The notes under the pieces were generated by a model. The model was not told the origin of the DNA. It saw only the letters and a program-made list of their open reading frames with translations, and made no database searches. A program made the translations under genes and the position numbers. A DNA stretch of 48,363 nt from Armatimonadota bacterium (GTDB taxonomy: Bacteria; Armatimonadota; UBA10988), in the NCBI GenBank assembly GCA_016235455.1, contig JACRKZ010000061.1, positions 1 through 48,363 of the forward strand. The letters run 5' to 3'. Below are positions 29,616 to 37,631 of the stretch, piece after piece; position 1 is the stretch's first letter; the number at the start of each line of letters is the position of its first letter.

Positions 29616-31415
29616 TTACTCCTTCACCACGGCGTTGAAGTTGCAGACATCGAAGCAGGTCCCGCACCGGGTGCAGGCATCCTGGACGATGTAGTACTTG
29701 CGCTCGCCGTCTTCCTTGAAGATGGTGTCCACAGGGCAGTTGCGGGCACACACGCCACACCCGGTGCAGACCTCGCGGTCGACCTCGAAGGTGAGCAGCT
29801 TGCGGCACACCTTGGCCGGGCACTTGTGGTTGTTGATGTGGGCCTCGTACTCGTAGCGGAAGTGCCGCATGGTGGACAACACCGGGTTCGGCGCCGTCTG
29901 GCCGAGCGCGCAGAGGCTCATGTCCTTCATCAGCAGCCCGAGCTTCTCGAGCCGGTCCAGATCCTCCATCGAGGCGCGACCTTCACAGATGTCGTTCAGC
30001 GTCTCGAGGATCTGGCGCGTGCCCGCGCGGCAGGGGCCGCACTTGCCGCAGCTCTCGTCGACGCAGAACTCCATGAAGAAGCGGGCCACATCGACCATGC
30101 ACGAGGTGTCGTCCATGACGATCAGACCGCCGGAGCCGAGGATGGCGCCGAGGCTGGTCAGGCTGTCGTAGTCCAGCGGCGTGTCGAGGTGCTCGGCCGG
30201 GATACAACCGCCCGACGGACCGCCGATCTGCGCGGCCTTGAAGGGGCGGTCGTTCATCACGCCGCCACCCACCTGCTCGACGATCTCGCGCAGGGTGATG
30301 CCCATGGCCACTTCGATGAGACCCGTGTTGCGCACCTGGCCGGCCAAGGCGAAGACCTTGGTGCCCTTGCTGCGCTCGGTACCGATGTTGCTGTAGGCCT
30401 CGGCGCCGTTGCGGATGATCCAGGGCACGGCCGCGTAGGTCTCGACGTTGTTGATCGAGGTCGGCATGCCCCACAGGCCCTTCTGGGTGGGGAACGGCGG
30501 GCGCGGCATCGGCTGGCCGCGCTTGCCTTCGACCGACTGCATGAGCGCCGTCTCTTCACCGCAGACGAACGCCCCGGCGCCCACGCGGACTTCGAGGTCG
30601 AAGCTGAAGCCGGTGCCGAACAGGTTCTCGCCCAGGAAGCCATAGGCGCGGGCCTGCTTGATGGCGATGTCCAGGCGGGTGATGGCCAGCGCGTACTCCG
30701 CGCGGCAGTAGATGAAGCCCTTGGTCGCGCCCGTGGCGTAGCCCTGGATGATCATGGCTTCCATGACGCGGTGGGGGTCGCCTTCGAGCACCGAGCGGTC
30801 CATGAACGCGCCGGGGTCGCCTTCGTCGGCGTTGCAGACGACGTACTTGACGTCACTGCGCGCGTCGGCCAGGAGTTGCCACTTGAGGCCGGTGGGGAAG
30901 CCGGCGCCTCCGCGGCCGCGCAGGCCCGAGCTCTTGATGGTGTCGATCACCTGCTGCGGCGTCCACTCGGACAGCACGGTGCCCAGCGCCATGTAGCCGT
31001 CGCGGGCGATGTACTCCTCGATGGCCTCGGGGTTGACCACGCCGCAGTTCTCAAGGACGATGCGGTGCTGCTTGGAGAGGAACTGGAAGTCCTGCTCGGA
31101 GCGCACGATCTCGCCGGTGTTGGCGTCGGTCAGGCGGGCGGGCTCAAACGGCCGGCCCTTGAGGAAGTGCTCGGTGACCAGATCCGGCACCTGGGCGGGC
31201 GTCACGTTCTGGTAGTAGATCTCGTCGGGCCACACGCCGATGCGGGGACCGCGCTCGCACAGGCCGGCGCAGCCGGTGTTGATCAGCTCGACCTCATCGG
31301 TCAGGCCCTGCTTCTCCAACTCGGTCTCGAGCGCCTCGCGCACCTGCCAGACACCCGAGCTCACACAACCGCTTCCCGTGCACAGGAAGCAGTGCAGTCG
31401 CTTGAAGTCGGCCAT
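29616..31415 (-). CDS. hoxF: NAD/FMN diaphorase subunit HoxF/HydB (NuoF-like)
   Basis: N-terminal CTGSGC...GCAGLC; SGLRGRGGAGFPTGLKW; NADEGDPGAFMD; GAFVCGEET; GGPSGG; SCGKCGPCR; two C-terminal 4Fe-4S motifs. Confidence 0.93.
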   Translation of the reverse strand: MADFKRLHCFLCTGSGCVSSGVWQVREALETELEKQGLTDEVELINTGCAGLCERGPRIGVWPDEIYYQNVTPAQVPDLVTEHFLKGRPFEPARLTDANTGEIVRSEQDFQFLSKQHRIVLENCGVVNPEAIEEYIARDGYMALGTVLSEWTPQQVIDTIKSSGLRGRGGAGFPTGLKWQLLADARSDVKYVVCNADEGDPGAFMDRSVLEGDPHRVMEAMIIQGYATGATKGFIYCRAEYALAITRLDIAIKQARAYGFLGENLFGTGFSFDLEVRVGAGAFVCGEETALMQSVEGKRGQPMPRPPFPTQKGLWGMPTSINNVETYAAVPWIIRNGAEAYSNIGTERSKGTKVFALAGQVRNTGLIEVAMGITLREIVEQVGGGVMNDRPFKAAQIGGPSGGCIPAEHLDTPLDYDSLTSLGAILGSGGLIVMDDTSCMVDVARFFMEFCVDESCGKCGPCRAGTRQILETLNDICEGRASMEDLDRLEKLGLLMKDMSLCALGQTAPNPVLSTMRHFRYEYEAHINNHKCPAKVCRKLLTFEVDREVCTGCGVCARNCPVDTIFKEDGERKYYIVQDACTRCGTCFDVCNFNAVVKE

Positions 31416-31795
31416 TACTGCACCTCCTTGGGCAACTGCTGGCGGGCCACGATATGGCTGGTGACGCGGTTGCCGTTGACGACATGCTCGGTGATGATGA
31501 GCTTCGCGCAGGCGGCGTCCACCGTGCCGTAGAGCACCGGCTCCTTGCCCTTCTCTTCCACGGTGACGAACGGCTCCAGCGCCTCGACGCCGGACGAGCC
31601 GGTGATCACCACTTCCACGGTATCCAACTGCCGCGCCTGGATCTCGGCGACCATGGCATCCATCACTTCACGGGCGCCCTTGGCCAGCCCGCTGGTGCCC
31701 ATCGACACCTTGATCCGGTATTGCTGGTGCTCCGTGCGCAGAGCCATCTCCTTGGCGGCCTGCTCGCGCAGTCGGCGGAGGTCATCCAGTGTCAT
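31415..31795 (-). CDS. Thioredoxin-like ferredoxin homolog (HydD/HndB-like) lacking the usual Cys ligands
   Basis: IKVSMGTSGLAKGAREV...TGSSGVEALEP.V.V...V.YG.V...IITEHVVNG. Confidence 0.8.
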   Translation of the reverse strand: MTLDDLRRLREQAAKEMALRTEHQQYRIKVSMGTSGLAKGAREVMDAMVAEIQARQLDTVEVVITGSSGVEALEPFVTVEEKGKEPVLYGTVDAACAKLIITEHVVNGNRVTSHIVARQQLPKEVQ

Positions 31796-32352
31796 GAGTT
31801 CTCTCTCCCGGCCGCGAGAGCCGATTCGCCCTCGCGAAGTTGCTCCACCAGCCAGCCGCGCACCGTCTGCGTTTCATACTCGTCGCCGAGCATGCGCCGG
31901 ATGGGCCGCGTGTCGAGCCGGTAGCTTCGGTCGCCGATCCGGTGGGTTGCCACAAAGTCAACGCCACGGACTCCGACCAGTAACGTCTGCAAGGATTCCG
32001 CCATATTGCCGAGCGGGGGACGGTCGGGATGGGAGTGCGACATGGTGGCCGTGACCATCGTGCCGACGCCCGGTCGCGATCGCAATTCGAAGTCGCCTTC
32101 GCAGGTCTCCACCGTGCCGCGCATGAGTGCCAGGCCGAAGCCGACCCAGCCTTTTTGCTTCTGCTTGGTGGTGGCGAAGTGCTCCAGCACGGCCTCGACC
32201 AACTCGGGCGGCATGCCCGGTCCGTTGTCGGCGACCAGCAGGCACATACGATCCTGCTCCGGCTGCTCGTGAACGGAGATCTTGATGGTCCTGGCCCCGG
32301 CCGTGACGGCGTTCATCGCCACGTCCAGTACGTGCAACATCAAATCGACCAC
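31792..32352 (-). CDS. Stand-alone histidine-kinase-like ATPase (HATPase_c)
   Basis: LHVLDVAMNAV.AGA, DNGPGM, F.TTK, GFGLAL, HPDRPPLG. Confidence 0.85.
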   Translation of the reverse strand: MVDLMLHVLDVAMNAVTAGARTIKISVHEQPEQDRMCLLVADNGPGMPPELVEAVLEHFATTKQKQKGWVGFGLALMRGTVETCEGDFELRSRPGVGTMVTATMSHSHPDRPPLGNMAESLQTLLVGVRGVDFVATHRIGDRSYRLDTRPIRRMLGDEYETQTVRGWLVEQLREGESALAAGRENS

Positions 32353-32382
32353 GACAACGTCACCGCGCTCTGCTGGGCAGCC

Positions 32383-32880
32383 TCACTGATAGTTGCGCAA
32401 GATGCGACGCACGTGCTTGGACTCCACCTTGCCGTGCACATCGTTGGCGATGCGCATGGCCGGCGCGATACCGCACGCACCGATGCAGCGTGCCGCGTTG
32501 AGCGTGTACAGACCATCGCTGGTGGTCTCGCCCATCTTGACGTCAAGCTGCTTCTCGAGCGCATTGATCAGACCCTCGGCGCCGCGCACGTAGCAGGCCG
32601 TGCCCATGCACACCAGGATCTCGTACTTGCCCCGTGGCTTGAGGTGGAAAAGGTGGTAGAACGTGGCCACGCCGTACACGCGCGAGGCCGGCAGCGCCAG
32701 GCGCTTGGCAACATGCGTGAGGACATCATTGCGGAGGTAGCCGAACATCTCCTGCGCGCGGTGCAGCACCTCGATCAAGCTATCGGGTGCGGCGTCGTGG
32801 CTCTCGATGTAGTCGTCTAGCGCGTTGAAGAGTGCTTGTTCGATGCCGAACTTGCTCGACACCATCTCGCTGGTGACCAT
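32383..32880 (-). CDS. hoxE: HoxE/HydC (NuoE-like) [2Fe-2S] subunit
   Basis: GAGGAG RBS; LIEVLHRAQEMFGYL; VYGVATFY; CMGTACYVRG; RCIGACGIAP. Confidence 0.92.
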   Translation of the reverse strand: MVTSEMVSSKFGIEQALFNALDDYIESHDAAPDSLIEVLHRAQEMFGYLRNDVLTHVAKRLALPASRVYGVATFYHLFHLKPRGKYEILVCMGTACYVRGAEGLINALEKQLDVKMGETTSDGLYTLNAARCIGACGIAPAMRIANDVHGKVESKHVRRILRNYQ

Positions 32881-32897
32881 GTGGAACGTCTCCTCGA

Positions 32898-33662
32898 TCA
32901 GCTTCGATCCGAGAGCGCCCGCCTCAACGGCAAGGCGGACCGCCCATCGAGCCCAGCCAGGGCCAGTTTCAGCTCGGCGACGCTCGGCTCCTCGACGCGA
33001 AACAGCGTCTGCTGAAAGCCGATGTCGGCCGGCAGGTGCGCGTCCGAGAACCGCACCATAGGCACTCCCGCCAGGGACGGGTGCGCCTCGACCAAGGCCT
33101 GCTCGTCTGTGTACCTGGTGACCTCGACGGCGTCGATGGCCAACCCCTCGGGCAGCCAGCCAAGCTGGCTGAGGATGCTGTCCACGCCGCGGTCGACATG
33201 GGCCCCGATGACCAGGGCTCCATGCTCTCGCGCCGTGGCGCATACCGTCTCCAGATCGTGTTCGATGCCGCTGATCAGCAACCGCGGCTCGAAGCCCAGG
33301 ATGTTCTCCTGCCCATCGACCACGATCTGCTCGCCGAACACCCGCTCATCGCAGGCGATATCCGGCAGCGCGGCATAGACCCACTGTCCGAAGGCGAGGG
33401 CTGCCTCGACCTCATCGAAAACGGTCAACACGTCGACCTCTTCGGCCGAACGCACTTCCAACCCGTACAACGCTTTGACCCCGCGCGCGGCCGCCGCGTC
33501 GCGCCAGGCTGGCGTGTTCTTCGCCGAGTTGTGGTCGGAGACGGCGACGAGATCCAGACCGATCTCCGCCGCGCGTGCCATGATGGTGGCGGGCGACATG
33601 GCCAAGTCGCCGCACGGTGAAAGCACCGTGTGCAGGTGGAAATCGGCGCGCCAGTCGCGCAT
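32898..33662 (-). CDS. PHP-domain metal-dependent phosphoesterase
   Basis: DFHLHT, SDHN, GLEV, AHVDR, FSDAH. Confidence 0.88.
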   Translation of the reverse strand: MRDWRADFHLHTVLSPCGDLAMSPATIMARAAEIGLDLVAVSDHNSAKNTPAWRDAAAARGVKALYGLEVRSAEEVDVLTVFDEVEAALAFGQWVYAALPDIACDERVFGEQIVVDGQENILGFEPRLLISGIEHDLETVCATAREHGALVIGAHVDRGVDSILSQLGWLPEGLAIDAVEVTRYTDEQALVEAHPSLAGVPMVRFSDAHLPADIGFQQTLFRVEEPSVAELKLALAGLDGRSALPLRRALSDRS

Positions 33663-33688
33663 GGCAGCCTCGCCGACCCGTCGCGACG

Positions 33689-34018
33689 TCAGCGCACGCC
33701 GAGCGCGTACAGCCGACCGGCCACGGCGTAGGTATCCTCATTGCTGAGCAGGATGGTCACCGACTCGTGGTTGGCCAGGGCGATGAGGTCGTTGTTAGGC
33801 TCACGGCCACCGGTGATGACCACCGCCGCCAGGTCCTGGGTGGAGGCCACCGCGGCCACATTGCGGTGGGTCTGAATGGTCAGCCAGACCTGGCCCGGCG
33901 CGCCGTTGGCCAGCACATCGCTGATCAGATCGGCCGCCATGGCCCCTTGGATCTGCTGTTCGCCTACCGCGGTAACCGCCTTGAGGCCCAGGGCCTGGGC
34001 CATCTCCGATACCGTCAT
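33689..34018 (-). CDS. DRTGG-domain protein
   Basis: ADLISDVLA, WLTIQTH.NVAAVA, VVITGG. Confidence 0.85.
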   Translation of the reverse strand: MTVSEMAQALGLKAVTAVGEQQIQGAMAADLISDVLANGAPGQVWLTIQTHRNVAAVASTQDLAAVVITGGREPNNDLIALANHESVTILLSNEDTYAVAGRLYALGVR

Positions 34019-34044
34019 GTGCCGCGCTCCTCTCTCGAAACTGT

Positions 34045-35004
34045 CTATTCGCCGGCGCCCGCCTCGTCACCTCGCCCGGCCGGGCCTTTGGGCGCCGAGT
34101 CGCCGCGGGCGGCCGGGGTCAGGTCGAAGCGCAGGTTGAGTCGCGTGCCGTAGCCCGGCGCGCTGCGGATCTCGAAGTGGTCGGCGCACTTGCGGATGTT
34201 GGGCAGGCCGAGACCGGCACCGAAGCCCAGCGTGCGCACCAGGTCACTGGCGGTGGACCAGCCGTGCTTCATGGCCAGGTCGATGTCCGCGATGCCCGGC
34301 CCGTCATCCTCGACCGTGACGCGAATGGTCTCGTCGTCCATGACGGCCAGGATCTGGCCGCCGCGCTCGGTGTGGATGATCAGGTTGGCTTCGGCCTCGT
34401 AGACGGCTATGGCGACGCGCCGCTGCACGTCCTGGGCCAGGCCGCGGTTGGCCAGTTCGCGCTTGAGCCGCACGCTGGACAGGCCGGCGCTGTCGTAGTC
34501 GCCCGCGGTGACCTGGAACTCCATGCGCAGGCCGTCGGGCGCGCTGCGGTCGACCGCCTGGTGCGGATGCTCCTCGTCCTGGGCCAGCAGCCGGTTGAGT
34601 TCGACCAGCAGGCTGTGCAGGATGCTCTCGGGGGTGACGATGCCGACCAGCTTGCCGCTCTCGTCGAGCACGGGCAGACGCCCGTAGCCGGTGCGGTCGA
34701 GCACGGACATGGACTCGGTCAGCGGCCAGCGGTCGCGCACGGTGACGACATCCTTGGTCATCCAGGTGTCGACCGGCTCCTCGATGTGGCCGTGGTCCAG
34801 GGCGCGGATGATGTCCTCGATGGTGACAATGCCGACCAGATCGCCGACCTCATCGACCACGGGCACACCGGAGATGCGCCGGGCGCGCATCAACGCCTGG
34901 ACCTCGCGCATGCGCTGCTCGGCCCGCGTGGTGACCACGTCGGTCTGCATGGCCTGGAACGTCTTGAGACGGTGTACTAACTCCTGGACGAAGGAGAATT
35001 CCAC
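34045..35004 (-). CDS. CBS-pair domain fused to an RsbT-like anti-sigma/Ser-Thr kinase
   Basis: ISGVPVVD and YGRLPVLD (CBS); YEAEANLIIH, DDGPGI, GWSTA, GFGAGLGLPNIRK. Confidence 0.88.
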   Translation of the reverse strand: MEFSFVQELVHRLKTFQAMQTDVVTTRAEQRMREVQALMRARRISGVPVVDEVGDLVGIVTIEDIIRALDHGHIEEPVDTWMTKDVVTVRDRWPLTESMSVLDRTGYGRLPVLDESGKLVGIVTPESILHSLLVELNRLLAQDEEHPHQAVDRSAPDGLRMEFQVTAGDYDSAGLSSVRLKRELANRGLAQDVQRRVAIAVYEAEANLIIHTERGGQILAVMDDETIRVTVEDDGPGIADIDLAMKHGWSTASDLVRTLGFGAGLGLPNIRKCADHFEIRSAPGYGTRLNLRFDLTPAARGDSAPKGPAGRGDEAGAGE

Positions 35005-35324
35005 ATGCGGGCTCCGGCGCTGACACAGGCTTCGAACATCTTCTTACCGGTCACCGCCAGCGGGATGCCGAAGCTCTTGGCCAGGTCAATCATCTCTTGA
35101 GGGATGGTCTTGCCCCGCACGACCACCACCCACAGCGCGCCCACGGCCAGGGCCGTGCGGATGGCGGGCGGCGAAGTCTGGCCGGTGAGGATGACGAAAT
35201 CTTCCTTCTCCGTGGCCAGAATATCACTGAGCAGATCGGCGGCTGCGATGGCGTTTACGTCAAAGTCGGCGCCGGGTACCAGGACCGTCGCGTCCAACTC
35301 TGCCATCAGTTCCGACCACAACAT
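34977..35324 (-). CDS. DRTGG-domain protein
   Basis: AADLLSDILA, ILTG, AIRTA, VRGK, MFEAC. Confidence 0.85.
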   Translation of the reverse strand: MLWSELMAELDATVLVPGADFDVNAIAAADLLSDILATEKEDFVILTGQTSPPAIRTALAVGALWVVVVRGKTIPQEMIDLAKSFGIPLAVTGKKMFEACVSAGARMWNSPSSRS

Positions 35325-35416
35325 GTACGTCACTCCACAGGCCGTGCCACCGGGCTCAACCGCGGCGGCCATTCTCTCACACCCGTCCGAACCATCGTCC
35401 AGGATGGTTCAAGCCC

Positions 35417-36421
35417 TTAGCAGATGCGCGGCAACTGCCCGCCAGCGAGCTTATCGAGCACGCGCCGGCCACCCACGCCGGTCTCGCACAGCACTCGGCT
35501 CCGCGCCGCATCGCTCACCCGCCCGATGCGCGCGGCACTCGGGTCAAGCGCGCGCAGTGCCGCCTCCACCGCGTCGGCGCGCTCGGGCGCCACGGCCGTG
35601 ACCAGCCGGCCCTCATTGGCCAGATACAGCGGGTCCAGGCCCAGCAACTCGCTGACGGCGGACACCGACGCCGTGACCGGCACCCGAGCGTCCTCCACCA
35701 GCAGGCCACAGCCGCTGCTCTCGGCCCACTCACACAGCACCGTGGCCAGGCCGCCACGCGTCGCGTCGCGCAGGCAGCGCACGCCGTCGCCACCGGCCTT
35801 CAGCACCGCCCGCGCCGTGGCCACCAGCAGGCCGCAGTCCGACACGATGGGCGCAGCCAGGCTGATCTGGCCGCGCGCCAGCAGAATGGCCGCCTCGTGC
35901 CGCCCGACGTCGCCGCTGACCAGCAGCACATCACCGGGCCGCAAGGTTGTAGGCGAAAGCTGCAAGCCGTCTGCCACCAGCCCGTAGCCGGCGGTGGTGA
36001 TGTACACGCCATCGCCGCTGCCACGCTCGACCACCTTGGTGTCGCCCGCCACCAGCCGCACCCCGGCCTCGCGCGCGCAGGTCGCCATGCTGGCCGCGAT
36101 GGTGATCAACTCGTCGATGCCGACGCCCTCTTCGATGATGAACGCCGTGGTCAGCGCCACCGGCCGCGCGCCCGCCACGGCCAGGTCGTTGACCGTGCCG
36201 CAGATACTGAGCTTGCCGATGTCGCCGCCAGGGAAGAAGCGTGGCTTGACCACGAAGGCGTCGGTGGTGAGCGCCACCCGGCCCTCGCCGGCCGGCAGCA
36301 CCGCGGCATCGTCCATGGCCTGGCCGGCAGAGTCGGCGAAGGTCGCCACGAACACCTCGCGCACGAGGTCCGAGGTCAACCGCCCGCCACTGCCATGGGC
36401 CAGCGTGATGGTCCGCTCCAC
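35417..36421 (-). CDS. hypE: Hydrogenase maturation carbamoyl dehydratase HypE
   Basis: ITLAHGSGG, TTD.FVV.P.FFPGGDIG, GDTKVV, RDATRGG, ANEG, C-terminal PRIC. Confidence 0.95.
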   Translation of the reverse strand: MERTITLAHGSGGRLTSDLVREVFVATFADSAGQAMDDAAVLPAGEGRVALTTDAFVVKPRFFPGGDIGKLSICGTVNDLAVAGARPVALTTAFIIEEGVGIDELITIAASMATCAREAGVRLVAGDTKVVERGSGDGVYITTAGYGLVADGLQLSPTTLRPGDVLLVSGDVGRHEAAILLARGQISLAAPIVSDCGLLVATARAVLKAGGDGVRCLRDATRGGLATVLCEWAESSGCGLLVEDARVPVTASVSAVSELLGLDPLYLANEGRLVTAVAPERADAVEAALRALDPSAARIGRVSDAARSRVLCETGVGGRRVLDKLAGGQLPRIC

Positions 36422-36517
36422 GATGTGCCACTCCCGTCGCGCGCCATGGTAGCACGAGTGCGCCTAAGCTGACCCAGGCCGTTGGGCCTGCGTAACAGAC
36501 AGATGTCCGCGCCGCCG

Positions 36518-37522
36518 TCAGGCCGGCACGAGGCCCGTGAACAGACCGTTGCCCGCGGGACCGCGCCCACGCAGCGTGACGCGCTCGAAGCCGGCGGCCT
36601 CGATCACGCCGATCATCTCGCTCACGCGGTACGCGCCGACGTGCAGGCCGAACATGGCCGCCTCGAGCGGACCGTTGCCGTCGTCATCGATGACAAAGTC
36701 CTGCACGATGAGCAAGCCGCCGGCCGGCAGCGTCGCGCGCAGCCGGCGCAGGCGCGCCTCCGAGCCGTGGTGCGCGCCATGCAGAACGTTGGAGGCCAGA
36801 GCGCAGTCGTAGCCTGTACCGAGATCGTCAGTGTCGAAGTTTCCGCCGACAAAACCCACGCGTTCCGACAAGCCGAACCTGGCTACGTTCTCGGCGGCCA
36901 GCGGGCCCGTGCCCGGCAGGTCGAAGATGGTCGCCCGCAGCTCGGGGTAGGCCTCACACAGCGCGACGCTGTAAGTGCCCGGCCCGCCACCCAGATCGAG
37001 CAGGTGGCGCCGGCCCGACAGGTCGACATTGCCCGCCAGCCACTGGCAGCGCCCGCGGATCGCGTAGTCTTGCATGGCCATGACGAACGTGCGGTGGACG
37101 TGCGGCGGCATGTGCGGCGCGCCGGTGCCCTCGGCCGGCGGCGTGCGCAGCGTGTCCTCGAGCGCCTGCCAGCGGTCGGCAATGCCCGCCAGATGGCTCA
37201 GCCCGTCGCCGTAGTAGCGCGGCGAGGCGGGGTCGAACGTGGCGACGCCCTGGTCGGTCAGACGGAAGCGGCCGTCCGGCTGCCGGTAGACCAGGCCCGT
37301 GGCGGCCAGCAGCGTCAGCAGTCGCTCGGTGGGCTCGGCTTGCGTCTCGCAATCGTCAGCCACCTGCCGAGCCGTCGCGGCATCCACCAGCAACCGCTGC
37401 CAGATGCCCAGCTTCCAGGCCACCTGCACCGCGCGCGCCACACGGAACATGACGCCGAGTTGCTCGAGATCGACCACGGCCCGCCCGTCGACATCCAGTG
37501 CCCGCCACGTCTGGTCAACCAT
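36518..37522 (-). CDS. SAM-dependent O-methyltransferase with dimerisation domain
   Basis: LLDLGGGPG, IFDLP, GNF, SNVLH, LPAGG.LIVQD. Confidence 0.88.
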   Translation of the reverse strand: MVDQTWRALDVDGRAVVDLEQLGVMFRVARAVQVAWKLGIWQRLLVDAATARQVADDCETQAEPTERLLTLLAATGLVYRQPDGRFRLTDQGVATFDPASPRYYGDGLSHLAGIADRWQALEDTLRTPPAEGTGAPHMPPHVHRTFVMAMQDYAIRGRCQWLAGNVDLSGRRHLLDLGGGPGTYSVALCEAYPELRATIFDLPGTGPLAAENVARFGLSERVGFVGGNFDTDDLGTGYDCALASNVLHGAHHGSEARLRRLRATLPAGGLLIVQDFVIDDDGNGPLEAAMFGLHVGAYRVSEMIGVIEAAGFERVTLRGRGPAGNGLFTGLVPA

Positions 37523-37631
37523 GTCTCGCCTCCGCTCCGCGGCGATTAGGCGGCGAAGCGAACAAACCTTCCGCGCGCGGGGAGGAATCGTTGTCTTGGG
37601 GCGCCAATGCGCGGAGTCCTGGAGCATGTCC

